Shown here piece by piece: positions 18,111 to 27,720 of a stretch of DNA of 64,000 bases. Source of the stretch: a virus (Duplodnaviria > Caudoviricetes); the IMG/VR virus record IMGVR_UViG_3300008107_006173; one strand, written 5' to 3'. Every line of letters starts with the position of its first letter. Positions within the stretch are counted from its first letter, which is position 1. Made by a program: the position numbers and the translations under genes. The notes under the pieces are model-generated. The model searched no databases and had not been told where the DNA came from. It saw only the letters and a list, made by a program, of their open reading frames with translations.

Positions 18111-19091
18111 TTAGATACCTGCTTTAATTTTTATATCAGCTAGTTCTTTTGACATGATGAATACATAATCAGAAACACTTTCATCAATGCGAACTACTAA
18201 ACCTAAATCTTTCCATGTTAAACCAAAACTTTCTAGCATGTTATTAATCTCGTGGTATGCACTCTGTGTTAGCATACGCTCGCCTGCTTTGGCTTGAGCT
18301 AACCACTGAGGATGAAGTTTGCTCACATCGTAACCTGCTTGTGCAAACTTTAGAATTTTATCAGCAGCGTATGCGCCGCTGTCTTTATCGCCAGCTGCCA
18401 GTTTTTTCATATCAGCTTGCAACGATGCAATTGTTTTAGGAGGTAAAGCCTTTGCGCCTGCGGCAGGTTTTAATGTACGCATCTGTTGTTTAGAAACCTC
18501 AAAGCTATCTGCTCCTTGAGGCACTTTGAGGCCACCGCCGGCAAATCTACTAGTAGGTGCTTGAGGTGCTTGAGGTGCTTGTGCATTACCTTGTGCAGGT
18601 GCTGCTGGCTCTGCTGCGGCATCGTCAGGTTGACCATCACCGTCTGTGTCCTTAGGACGAACAAGTGCAGCAACACCACGACCCAGAGCCGAGCCAATCT
18701 TTGCACCAATCTTTTGTGCGATGCCTGCTTTTGGATCTAAGCCTTGTGCAAAAGGGCCGCCTAGCTTTTGACTAATTTTTTGGCCCATTGAGGGTTTTAG
18801 TGGCTCGCCGCTATCATTTGCACCGTGTTTATTCATAAGTTGACGGTTCAACATACCTTTAGCTTCGCCTTTAGTAGGATGAACCCACTTTCTTGTTTGA
18901 GCGTTATAGGTATAACCAGAATCTTTAGTGCCATTCTTAAGACCGGTTGAAGCTGCTTGCGGTACAGCAGTAGGCTGTGCTGGAGCATTCGTCTGTGGCG
19001 TTTGCATAAATGCTTTAGCAGCGGCAGCACCTCGTTTAAATAGATCTAAAGGCGCTTCGTCAATGTTTTCAATTTCATGTAGTCGCATCAT
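18111..19091 (-). CDS. Hypothetical Ala/Pro/Gln-rich protein with leader
   Basis: Starts MRLHEIENIDE-AP; low-complexity linkers. Confidence 0.65.
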   Translation of the reverse strand: MMRLHEIENIDEAPLDLFKRGAAAAKAFMQTPQTNAPAQPTAVPQAASTGLKNGTKDSGYTYNAQTRKWVHPTKGEAKGMLNRQLMNKHGANDSGEPLKPSMGQKISQKLGGPFAQGLDPKAGIAQKIGAKIGSALGRGVAALVRPKDTDGDGQPDDAAAEPAAPAQGNAQAPQAPQAPTSRFAGGGLKVPQGADSFEVSKQQMRTLKPAAGAKALPPKTIASLQADMKKLAAGDKDSGAYAADKILKFAQAGYDVSKLHPQWLAQAKAGERMLTQSAYHEINNMLESFGLTWKDLGLVVRIDESVSDYVFIMSKELADIKIKAGI

Positions 19092-19359
19092 CTTCTCCGG
19101 ATTGGCTTTCTCGAATAATTTTCTTTATGCCCCTGGAGAATTTTGCGCTGTCGCGGCCTTTGATACTGTTAATCAATCTATTGGTTAGATCTTTAGCAGT
19201 TTCATCGTCGTAGTATCTGTCGATTTGTTCTAGTAGATTGATTGCACTTCGGATAACATGTTCACCGCGGTTTTCCACTACATGGTCACGGTCCCTATCA
19301 ATTGAAATCTGATTAAGTTCTTCTAGAATACTTCGACTGCGTCTCACAACGGTCTCCAA
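19075..19359 (-). CDS. Hypothetical protein, first gene of a late operon
   Basis: Late box GATAAATA at 19376-19383. Confidence 0.65.
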   Translation of the reverse strand: METVVRRSRSILEELNQISIDRDRDHVVENRGEHVIRSAINLLEQIDRYYDDETAKDLTNRLINSIKGRDSAKFSRGIKKIIRESQSGEDDATT

Positions 19360-19381
19360 GTTTTAGTATTAAGTATATTTA

Positions 19382-20761
19382 TCACTTTTTACCTTTAATG
19401 AAGTCCATTAACGCAAGGCTGGAATTAACTGTTTCCTGTGCTTGTGGTTCTTCAGCTTTAATAGCACCACTACGCTTTAACTGCTCAACTAGGCCTTTGG
19501 TTGAAACAGTATTAGCATCCTCTTCACCTTCTTCTAAATCTTCAATTCGTAGTGTATCTGGGTTAAATTTAAGGTCTACTTTACTACCAACACCGCTACT
19601 GCTTCTTGTTTTCATAAACTGAATTTGATAACGTCCGCGCTCACGCATAGCATTACTGGTAAAGATACCAATAACATTATCAGATGTGTTAATTTTACTG
19701 ATACCGCCAGCAATGTGACTGTGGTCAAATTCAATTTCTTCTACTGCTGCACGATTTAGCTGTGATGCTGTTACTAACAGTAAGTTGCGCTCTACTGCTA
19801 GGTTACGCAATTCTTCACTCACATATTTGTCCTTAACGAACAAGTTCTCTGCGCTGATCTTTGCAGCAATGGGCATCATGAGATCTAAATAGTCCACTAG
19901 TAGTGCATCTACTTTAACGCCACTTTGGATTTCATACTCGCGCAAGAATGCACGGATGTCGTTGGCAGTAATACCGCTGGGCATCTGTTTAACACGAAAC
20001 TTACCGGCGCCTTTACCTTTCATACGCACCTTAAGATCAACATCTTCAATATTACGCATGATTTCGCGAGCGGCATGACCACTTACCATACTGTCTAGTC
20101 GCATACTAATAAGTTGCTCACTAAGTTCTAGACTGATGTAAACAACATTAAGTCCTGCAAGACTCCAGTTAACACCAAAGTTTTGCAAGAACAAACTTTT
20201 GCCTGCGCCGGAGCCACCAGCGAATACAGTAATTTCACCTCGGTTAAGGCCGCCGTATAACTTCTGGTCAATGCCTTTCCACCCTGTGCTAATTGCACCA
20301 GCTTGCTTCTTGATCCACTCAAGTCTTTCCTTGGGGTTTTCAAAATAGTCTAAGCCCAAATCCTTTACGAGCCCAGTTTGTACTGCTGCCTTAATCTTGT
20401 TTTCTACTTCACCGTAGTTTTGCTTTTCTAGTAAGTCTGTACTTTCAATGATTGCTTTTTCTAGGGCCTTGTGTCTACAGAAAGTTTCAAACTCATCCAT
20501 AAACCAGTTTTGATGATCTGGTGTTACATTCTGTATTACTTCTATATCAAGCCCGCCAATAGCATTGATTTGTTCTAGTGTAGGGATACTGTTATATTTT
20601 TCACTGTGATTCTTTAAAAGTTCAACTGTAGTTTTAAACTTACGATTAAAAAACTCTGGTTTGATAATATTTTGACAACGAGCAAATAAGTCAGCATCGC
20701 TGATTAGAAACTTTACAAAAAGTTCCTGTACATCATCTGTATATTCTTTTATTTCGCTCAT
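19382..20761 (-). CDS. gp41: Replicative DNA helicase (T4 gp41/DnaB-like)
   Basis: Walker A GGSGAGKS, SLEL, VDYLDLM, TASQLNR, KTR. Confidence 0.95.
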   Translation of the reverse strand: MSEIKEYTDDVQELFVKFLISDADLFARCQNIIKPEFFNRKFKTTVELLKNHSEKYNSIPTLEQINAIGGLDIEVIQNVTPDHQNWFMDEFETFCRHKALEKAIIESTDLLEKQNYGEVENKIKAAVQTGLVKDLGLDYFENPKERLEWIKKQAGAISTGWKGIDQKLYGGLNRGEITVFAGGSGAGKSLFLQNFGVNWSLAGLNVVYISLELSEQLISMRLDSMVSGHAAREIMRNIEDVDLKVRMKGKGAGKFRVKQMPSGITANDIRAFLREYEIQSGVKVDALLVDYLDLMMPIAAKISAENLFVKDKYVSEELRNLAVERNLLLVTASQLNRAAVEEIEFDHSHIAGGISKINTSDNVIGIFTSNAMRERGRYQIQFMKTRSSSGVGSKVDLKFNPDTLRIEDLEEGEEDANTVSTKGLVEQLKRSGAIKAEEPQAQETVNSSLALMDFIKGKK

Positions 20762-21516
20762 TGCATTACACCCTTGGCCTGTAAATAATTATATATGTAT
20801 CTGTAAATCTTTTTATGTCCTTGCTTACTTGGATGCCTATCAGTAGGAGATTCAACATCGTTTTCATCAAGCAACACATGACTTATTGGTCTGAGAGTTG
20901 TTATTCTGTTTTGATCCATTAGCTTAAAAATTTCTTTAACTCTCAAATTAGAACAATCTTTAGCTATTACTTCTGGGGAACATTTATTACTCATACAAGT
21001 AATAAAATATTCAACATTTTTCTTTTCTAGATATGATGTAAGAGCAAATAACTTTTCAAATAATTCATTTGCTATTAGATCATAATTTAAGAATAAGTTT
21101 CTATAAGCGATCGGTGTCTTAGCTCGCCTAGCTACATCATCGATATCAATAGTTTTAGAATCTGTTGCACTATCATCAAGTAAAGGAGCGTCATGAACTA
21201 CGCCTGCATAGTGCTGCACAACATTGTCAAAATATTCAAATCTATAAGGATCCGTTAATTGTATAATTGCTACCCAGTTTGAAGGATCTTCTACCTTATT
21301 AAAAAAATCAAAAGTTCGTCGCAACATTCTCAAATTACTGCCTCCAGCCCAGGATTCATTAACAAATTCGCTGAAATGATTTCCTAGGTGGCCTGCCCAG
21401 GTCCAACTACAGGGTTGGGCATGATAAGCTCGTAAGATTTCTGTATTGTGTGCATCGTCGTCGGGGACGTGGCCATAGGTGAAACTACATCCGTTCGTAT
21501 ATAATTTATTTCTCAT
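20758..21516 (-). CDS. SGNH-like hydrolase/acyltransferase
   Basis: YTNGCSFTYG and DRHPSKQGH; AT-rich gene between primase and helicase. Confidence 0.7.
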   Translation of the reverse strand: MRNKLYTNGCSFTYGHVPDDDAHNTEILRAYHAQPCSWTWAGHLGNHFSEFVNESWAGGSNLRMLRRTFDFFNKVEDPSNWVAIIQLTDPYRFEYFDNVVQHYAGVVHDAPLLDDSATDSKTIDIDDVARRAKTPIAYRNLFLNYDLIANELFEKLFALTSYLEKKNVEYFITCMSNKCSPEVIAKDCSNLRVKEIFKLMDQNRITTLRPISHVLLDENDVESPTDRHPSKQGHKKIYRYIYNYLQAKGVMQ

Positions 21517-22493
21517 AACATCTTTGCTTTTACTTGTGCTTTAATCTTATTACCTGTTGCATGTTTAATAATGCTGGCTACTGTGAGTAAACGACCGTAC
21601 TTGCTTGCTGCATCTGTAGCGTCCTTAACACTATCTTCCCAAGGAGGGAAACTTACTTCCCAACCCAATGCTAATGCTTCGTCAATTAGTTCTTTACCTG
21701 GTTCGTCTCTGTCAGGGCAAAGTATAATCCTATTGCCCAGCTTGCTAATTAAATGTGCTTGTTCTGCTGTAACATGGTTGCCTAATACTGCAACGCCGTC
21801 AATCATTATAGCGTCAAACACCCCTTCAACAACAATTACCAATTCACGCTTAGTGTCAACGAATCTATCAACATTAAACACATAGCCGCTGGTCATTTTA
21901 TGCAAATACTTTGGTGTTTGCTTGTCAGGCGGACTAATGTGTCTAGCTGTCCAGCCTACTAGTTCACCATTATAAGTGAACGGCACTACTAGTCGTTTAG
22001 TATATAACGGATCATTGTCAAACCAAAGGAGAGGGTATAAGCCGTATATACCTCGATCCTTTGCATACTGTTTAACTTCATGCGTGTCGGGGAGATCTTC
22101 AAGCATCACTGCATCTTCGGGCAGATCAACTACTTCAAACTTATTTAGACTATAAACATAGTTTTCAATCTCTTCGTTTTCAAGTTCTTCACTGTATTTC
22201 AACAGATCCATCTGAGCGTCGTGAATCTGTTTTTGATCTGCGCCCAAGCGAGTTGCTAGATCTCTATAACGCTTGCCCAAGCCGGGGGTAGGACTCCAAC
22301 CTGTGGTATATTTACAGTTAAAACAGTTGTAAGAAATCTTTGCGCCGCTGGTTATGATACCAGCTCGCTTGCGCTTGTCATTGCACATCGGGCAGTCAAA
22401 GGTCATCCAGCCACTAGGAGTACGAGTAGTCCTAATAGGCAAATTATCTAATAATAATCTATGTACTTTTTCTACTACTGTGTCAACTGACAT
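21513..22493 (-). CDS. gp61: DNA primase (T4 gp61-like)
   Basis: Zn ribbon CPMC...CFNC; TOPRIM VVEGVFDA and CPDRD. Confidence 0.9.
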   Translation of the reverse strand: MSVDTVVEKVHRLLLDNLPIRTTRTPSGWMTFDCPMCNDKRKRAGIITSGAKISYNCFNCKYTTGWSPTPGLGKRYRDLATRLGADQKQIHDAQMDLLKYSEELENEEIENYVYSLNKFEVVDLPEDAVMLEDLPDTHEVKQYAKDRGIYGLYPLLWFDNDPLYTKRLVVPFTYNGELVGWTARHISPPDKQTPKYLHKMTSGYVFNVDRFVDTKRELVIVVEGVFDAIMIDGVAVLGNHVTAEQAHLISKLGNRIILCPDRDEPGKELIDEALALGWEVSFPPWEDSVKDATDAASKYGRLLTVASIIKHATGNKIKAQVKAKML

Positions 22494-22959
22494 AATTCTT
22501 ATATTCTATCCAGCGATGAAACATTCCAACCTCGCGGCCAAATGCTTCTACTTCCCATGGGCTATCAAAGTACTTATGTTCATTACGCTTGGGCTTCCAA
22601 ATATTTCCTTCCCATAGCGTATGCAATGTTTCACCCTTTTTATCCTTCGTAGGTGCAAACTTTTTATAAAGTTGGTTTTTAGCATACTGCTTTAGATGTA
22701 CCATTTCATGAGCAAGCGTCTTAAAAATGTCATCGTCGTCTTTCTTATTTCTAAGCTGAATTGTGAAGAATCGAGGATTCTTTTTATCATCCTCACTGAT
22801 CATCATACCTTCAAATTCTAACGATCTTTCTATTTCAATATCTAATTCGATAGACCTAACCATCCGAGGATCAAGCAAAATGTTCGCATAGAACTCTGCT
22901 GCTTCAGATAGATCTCTGATTAGCTTTTTGTTCTTAGTACCATAAACACTTATATCCAT
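22483..22959 (-). CDS. Zincin metallopeptidase
   Basis: TLAHEMVHLKQY (HExxH) and SPWEVEA. Confidence 0.85.
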   Translation of the reverse strand: MDISVYGTKNKKLIRDLSEAAEFYANILLDPRMVRSIELDIEIERSLEFEGMMISEDDKKNPRFFTIQLRNKKDDDDIFKTLAHEMVHLKQYAKNQLYKKFAPTKDKKGETLHTLWEGNIWKPKRNEHKYFDSPWEVEAFGREVGMFHRWIEYKNYVS

Positions 22960-22988
22960 GCCAATGTCCTGCTGTGGGTTTATAATAC

Positions 22989-23016
22989 ATTATAGCATCT
23001 TACGATAAAAAGTCAA
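22989..23016 (-). promoter_or_regulatory. Sigma70-type early promoter
   Basis: TTGACT-16 nt ending AGATGC-TATAAT. Confidence 0.7.
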
Positions 23017-23043
23017 GAAAAAGTGCCGGGGGCGCCGGCACTT
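23017..23043 (-). terminator. Rho-independent terminator
   Basis: 9-bp stem aagtgccgg/ccggcactt followed by a U tract on the minus strand. Confidence 0.8.
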
Positions 23044-23064
23044 AGTTCTGAAGAATATTAAGAA

Positions 23065-23394
23065 TTAAAATTCTTCTTTGGCTTCTTCAACTACTTCGTG
23101 AACCACATTTTGTGATTGGGAAATAGGTTGGGGAGGAAATACTGTTGGTTCTTTAGCTGATTCGCCCTTGCTAACTGTTAGGCCTGCTAGTAGGCCAACA
23201 AACGCACCAATAATAGTATTAAATGCAGGGTTGATGATTGCAAGAATATCTTTATTATCAATCTGTTCGTTTGGCATAAAGATACCAACCAACAATACAA
23301 ACACCACTGCTACAAGGATTGTACTTAGAATTGTGATCACAATTCTTAGAATCCAGTTAATTAACCTAGCTCTTTCTAATTCAATTTTATCCAT
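23065..23394 (-). CDS. Two-TM membrane protein
   Basis: Two hydrophobic helices and a polar tail. Confidence 0.7.
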   Translation of the reverse strand: MDKIELERARLINWILRIVITILSTILVAVVFVLLVGIFMPNEQIDNKDILAIINPAFNTIIGAFVGLLAGLTVSKGESAKEPTVFPPQPISQSQNVVHEVVEEAKEEF

Positions 23395-23406
23395 TTGACA
23401 CCGCCT

Positions 23407-24216
23407 TTAATTTCTTAGTAGGATTTTATTTAATGTTCCGTCTGTGTCGTCTGGTGTGTGAGTTACACGAATCCAATTGCAGTTAACATTAAATGTATGG
23501 TGCGTAACAACACTACTGTTGCTAAGTGCTATTGTTTCAACATTGAACCAATCGCTACTAGCATCGTCGATATCAGGAACACCAAGCAAACAACTTGCTT
23601 GAATTGTTATATTCCCTGTATACTGTGTGGTATAAAATGCAATACTATGTTGGGCGTTAGGGAAATTACGTTCTAAGTTACCATAAAATGCGCTACTCAC
23701 AATAACATTAGATGTATCGCCTAACATTGTATTTGCTGTCTGTGTAAAAGTGGTTTCCGCTTGTGTAGGAACCGGCTCTTCTCCAGTTTGATCTGTGATC
23801 TCAATATCAAATCTAATGTTGTTATTTTGATCGTTATAAACTGGCAAATTCTCATTTTCTTGTGTACTGCGGGTAACATAAAGTGTATATAAACCAGATT
23901 CAATATTTGCTAAATCAGCTTCTTCAAGTACTAACTTTACTTTACCCACATCAGATGTATTAACTAAGGGCTTGGTAAAAATTCTGCGTTTTGTAGTGGG
24001 ATGAATCATGTATACACGCAAAGTATCAGAAAATACATTCTGTAGTCTGCGGTCTCGGTCCCTTATATTAAACAAAATTGTATTTGTTATACCCTTATGG
24101 GCTACCAACTTTCTTAGGTTCATAGGTCTGTTGTCCACATAAATATTATCCACAGTGACTACAAGCTCTATTACATCATCATATAGGTATAGTTTTTGGT
24201 CACCGTAGCTGCTCAT
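23407..24216 (-). CDS. Virion structural protein (beta-rich, baseplate-like)
   Basis: Late box at 24222-24229 then 5 nt then ATG at 24216, so the start is shortened from the ORF track. Confidence 0.6.
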   Translation of the reverse strand: MSSYGDQKLYLYDDVIELVVTVDNIYVDNRPMNLRKLVAHKGITNTILFNIRDRDRRLQNVFSDTLRVYMIHPTTKRRIFTKPLVNTSDVGKVKLVLEEADLANIESGLYTLYVTRSTQENENLPVYNDQNNNIRFDIEITDQTGEEPVPTQAETTFTQTANTMLGDTSNVIVSSAFYGNLERNFPNAQHSIAFYTTQYTGNITIQASCLLGVPDIDDASSDWFNVETIALSNSSVVTHHTFNVNCNWIRVTHTPDDTDGTLNKILLRN

Positions 24217-24290
24217 AACAGTATTTATCACATTTGACAGCGATTCAAAATCTGTATAAGTTAACAGAGCATTTTTGGTAAATAATTTTA

Positions 24291-24668
24291 ATGATTAATA
24301 AAAATAACATTAGTAACTATAACGAGCTAGAATTTCTAACTGGAATTTCATACTGCGGGCAGGAATATTTAGGCATTGTTGTAAATCACGACAACAGCAT
24401 TATTACATTTTATGACGTAGATGCTATGCCTACAATACAAGTTAAAAAAGAATTTCTAGAACTAGGTGAAGTCTGGTGGTGGGAAAGTAACAGACAAATA
24501 CCTATAGATGTATTTCTACACTATGAAATGCGAACTTTCCGCCCCTACCTAAAGACGTTTACTTATAAAGATGTTGAAATATTGTTTGGCCCAGTTACAA
24601 GCCTACAAAACTTATTAAAGAAGCGCATCAAACGGCGCAGTATTCAATTGATACGCAAAACGCCCTAG
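24291..24668 (+). CDS. Conserved hypothetical protein
   Basis: 125-aa plus-strand ORF; GGTAAATA 6 nt upstream. Confidence 0.7.
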   Translation: MINKNNISNYNELEFLTGISYCGQEYLGIVVNHDNSIITFYDVDAMPTIQVKKEFLELGEVWWWESNRQIPIDVFLHYEMRTFRPYLKTFTYKDVEILFGPVTSLQNLLKKRIKRRSIQLIRKTP

Positions 24669-25261
24669 GCGTAAATAGATTGCGCTTTCTCACAAATTAA
24701 ATTCATCTGTACAACAATAGCCACAGCATATGCAATTGCGTGACTGTGCTTAAAATAATAGCTACCATCAGTGGGCTTAACCCAAACCTGTTTGGTAATT
24801 TCGTTCCAACTCTTACCAATCAAATGTTTTTTGCCGGGGCGAATAATTGCAAGAATCATGGCTAACTGCTCAACACTAGTAGGCTTATATTGAGCTAAGA
24901 TATTAGAGTAGTTGCTAATATGAAATAGCTGACTTACAAATTCTTCATGTTCAAGTAAGTCCCACAACGGTTCAATATTCATTAACTCTGTGATATGTGC
25001 TTCATCCCTAACATCTTTATAAATGCCGTTATTTAGAACGTCTACTTTAAACCACCCATCTTCTTCAGCAGTTTCATATTCAATGCTGCTAAATCCTTCT
25101 AAAGGAAAGGATGGTATAGTTTGGAAATACACACCAGTATTATGCTTTGAATAAGTGCCGTCTTCGTGTTTAATACTAGCAGGTGTATGATTAACTAACC
25201 GCAAGAAGTCCTCACGGTTAGCCATATCAATATCTACGTCAAAATCAATTTTTGTTGTCAC
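24665..25261 (-). CDS. Minimal DNA polymerase III alpha (family C)-like catalytic core
   Basis: DVDID, KHNTGVY, FKVDVLN, LAIIRPGK and FKHSHAIAYA match DnaE motifs PDIDxD, HxxGV, KxDxLG, AxxRPG and FNKSHAxAY. Confidence 0.8.
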   Translation of the reverse strand: MTTKIDFDVDIDMANREDFLRLVNHTPASIKHEDGTYSKHNTGVYFQTIPSFPLEGFSSIEYETAEEDGWFKVDVLNNGIYKDVRDEAHITELMNIEPLWDLLEHEEFVSQLFHISNYSNILAQYKPTSVEQLAMILAIIRPGKKHLIGKSWNEITKQVWVKPTDGSYYFKHSHAIAYAVAIVVQMNLICEKAQSIYA

Positions 25262-25397
25262 TGTTCTTAATCAGTTCATTTAATTCATCTGCTGCAACAC
25301 GAATAGTTTTAGCAAGGTTAATTTCTGTTACATATTCGCGCTCAACTAAACGAGCAATCTCGTGAAGTCTAATTACAGCCTCATCATTCTTTGTCAT
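25245..25397 (-). CDS. 50-aa hypothetical protein (not in ORF track)
   Basis: MTKNDEAVIRLHEIARLVEREYVTEINLAKTIRVAADELNELIKNSDNKN; fills the gap between thyX and the DnaE-like gene. Confidence 0.6.
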   Translation of the reverse strand: MTKNDEAVIRLHEIARLVEREYVTEINLAKTIRVAADELNELIKNSDNKN

Positions 25398-25417
25398 AAA
25401 ATTTCTCTAGTTATGAA

Positions 25418-26083
25418 TCAATCTTTATTATCGGCCCAGTACTCATCGAGCATTGGGAAATGTTCTAGCACAATCTTCTTGCATTGTTCAGCAATAATCA
25501 TGTGTTCTTTTTGTGTGCCATTTGATGCCCGTAGGTCAATGTAATGAATCCAGCTACGCAAACTACCTGCCATGTAAAGTGTGCTTTCAGTTAAACCCTC
25601 TGGCAATACAGCGCGAGCCTGTTCCTTGGCAATACCTTTATCCAACGCCCACTTGTATGCGGCTTGGGCGGCATTACGAACCTTTGCTTGTTGCATATGC
25701 CAATCTTCCTGTAGTGCAGGATCGTTTACATCAACTGAGTTCTGACGATTCTTTTCATCTTGTAATCGTGCTTCACGGTCACAGCCAATGTTCTCTGCTA
25801 CAGCATAACGCTGACTGAATTCTTGGAATGCAAAGCTACGGTGACGTAGAATCTGTCGTGCAATATCACGAGTGGTTTTAATTTCCATTGTGATATGCAC
25901 CATCTCAAACGGACTCCAATGCTTGTGCTTAATCAAATACTTTAACAGCTTTGGTGCAGTCTGTGTATTGCTTTGGTTAGCAGGATTGCTTACTCGGGCT
26001 GCATATGCAACCAAGTCACCTGGTGTATGACAATCCGTAATAGCACTGGGCTTAGTTACGCCAATTAAATTTACTTCACTCAC
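25418..26083 (-). CDS. thyX: Flavin-dependent thymidylate synthase
   Basis: RHRSFAFQEFSQRY motif, KEQARAVLP, LRSWIHY. Confidence 0.95.
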   Translation of the reverse strand: MSEVNLIGVTKPSAITDCHTPGDLVAYAARVSNPANQSNTQTAPKLLKYLIKHKHWSPFEMVHITMEIKTTRDIARQILRHRSFAFQEFSQRYAVAENIGCDREARLQDEKNRQNSVDVNDPALQEDWHMQQAKVRNAAQAAYKWALDKGIAKEQARAVLPEGLTESTLYMAGSLRSWIHYIDLRASNGTQKEHMIIAEQCKKIVLEHFPMLDEYWADNKD

Positions 26084-26238
26084 TTTTTACCTCGGTTTAA
26101 TCTGTGTGTTAAATTAACAATCTTTCTCTGTAGTGTAGGCTCCAAGTCATCTGCAACTTGGACATAAAACAGTAATGCTTCTTGAATAATATCTAGATCT
26201 TCAATACTAAAAATTGCTCTGGGTTTCTCGTTAGTCAT
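26080..26238 (-). CDS. Small hypothetical protein
   Basis: ATG at 26238 overlapping the upstream stop (MTNEKPRAIFS...). Confidence 0.55.
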   Translation of the reverse strand: MTNEKPRAIFSIEDLDIIQEALLFYVQVADDLEPTLQRKIVNLTHRLNRGKK

Positions 26239-26995
26239 TACTGTTATCCTTATTATTGTCCCAACGGTCGCCCTGGACATACAACTTATAGTCTTCAATG
26301 TCAATGATGCCGTCGTTATTTAGATCTTCGGGATTTTCCCAGCCTAGTTCTTCCCAACGCTTTGCAGATTCATACAGCTTATAGTCATCTTCGTCAATAT
26401 CGCCATCGCCATCTAAATCTTCGGGGTTATCCCATCCCTTATCTTCCCAACGCTTTGCAGATTCGTATAACCGATGGTCATCTTCATCAATGTCGCCATC
26501 GCCATCTAAATCTTGAGGATTGTCCCACCCTGATGAGGCAGCGTCCCAACGATCACCTGCATTATATAACTTAAAGTCATCTTCGTCAATGTCGCCGTCG
26601 CCATCTAGGTCAACGCCTTGTTTGGCTTTCCATGCGGCAAAGCCCGATGCTGCTGGTGCTGCTTTTGTAACAACCCGTTTTACTACTTGAGGTGCTACAG
26701 GTGCAGGTGTAGTGAAGGATTCATCTAAATCGTAAGGTGTTACATCAAATGTTGGCGTTGCATTTCTAATAGTTGTGATATATCCCGCAGCGGAGATAGC
26801 CTGAGCACGAGCAACTGCTTCACGATAATCGATGTATTTGCCATCGTCAAACCACCACCAACGATCAAACACCCACTTTGCTTTTCTGCGATATTCTACA
26901 AGCCAACGATCGTCAACTTTACCAACACGCACTTTTGTAATAGGCCATTTGATTACTTCCAGACCTATATCTTTAATTGTTAAATTCTCTTTCAT
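26231..26995 (-). CDS. Protein with four EF-hand/dockerin-like Ca-binding repeats
   Basis: Three DLDGDGDIDEDD and one DLNNDGIIDIED. Confidence 0.8.
   Translation of the reverse strand: MKENLTIKDIGLEVIKWPITKVRVGKVDDRWLVEYRRKAKWVFDRWWWFDDGKYIDYREAVARAQAISAAGYITTIRNATPTFDVTPYDLDESFTTPAPVAPQVVKRVVTKAAPAASGFAAWKAKQGVDLDGDGDIDEDDFKLYNAGDRWDAASSGWDNPQDLDGDGDIDEDDHRLYESAKRWEDKGWDNPEDLDGDGDIDEDDYKLYESAKRWEELGWENPEDLNNDGIIDIEDYKLYVQGDRWDNNKDNSND
26255..26611 (-). repeat. Coding tandem repeat, four units of 93-99 bp
   Basis: Unit DLDGDGDIDEDDx(K/R)LY....RW...GW(D/E)NP(E/Q), also visible at DNA level. Confidence 0.9.
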
Positions 26996-27006
26996 AAATT
27001 ATACCC

Positions 27007-27720
27007 TCAAATTCTAGCGGCTTCACAGGCAGACTTAACTTCTTCTACTTCTTCGGTATTCTTTGCAAAAACCTTGAACCAGAATTTGGCATCAATAATA
27101 TGATTTATCATCTTGATTTGTTCGTCGTTAAATCTTGTGAGTAGTTCCCTACCCGTGTCGCTCAAATATAGCAACCAAGGAGATATCTTAGCTGCCCTAA
27201 TATCATGTACTGCTCTAGGTGTACTAACTATTTTAAAATAGTCCTGCCATTCAGCATCATTGTCTTTAGACCATTCAGCTAGATATAGTACACTTCGTTC
27301 TAATGCTCTAATCCCTGTTTCTTTTTTAACATAGTCAAGTAAGAACTCGTCATATAAACTATCCTTGCTCCAATCAGCAAGTTTCTTACCATTTTTAATC
27401 AACCATTCAGCAAATTTTTCTGGCTCTAAATATTCATTACGCACACAGCTACGACCAAACTTCACAAATGCTTCATAGTATTGACTACGAATAAAATCTT
27501 CCATACTTTTTGGTTTACTAGATGTAGTACTTAGCTCATAAAACATTTGAAACACACGAAGGCCTAGCCGCACATGTGTCATTTCTCTATCCGCCCAGCG
27601 GCGTTTCTTAGGACACATGTGGGCAGAAAGTGTTCGCTCATTGCGAAACTCTTTTTCGCACCACTTGCAGGTGGTGTCACTTTCCAAAGATGTCTGCAAT
27701 AGTTTTGTCATCATAGCCAT
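27007..27720 (-). CDS. Conserved protein with N-terminal C2H2-like zinc finger
   Basis: CKWCEKEFRNERTLSAHMC. Confidence 0.7.
   Translation of the reverse strand: MAMMTKLLQTSLESDTTCKWCEKEFRNERTLSAHMCPKKRRWADREMTHVRLGLRVFQMFYELSTTSSKPKSMEDFIRSQYYEAFVKFGRSCVRNEYLEPEKFAEWLIKNGKKLADWSKDSLYDEFLLDYVKKETGIRALERSVLYLAEWSKDNDAEWQDYFKIVSTPRAVHDIRAAKISPWLLYLSDTGRELLTRFNDEQIKMINHIIDAKFWFKVFAKNTEEVEEVKSACEAARI

Noticed and set aside
26255-26611. Tandem repeat considered as a CRISPR array
   Set aside because: Units are in-frame, degenerate at codon level and lack unique spacers; it is a protein repeat.
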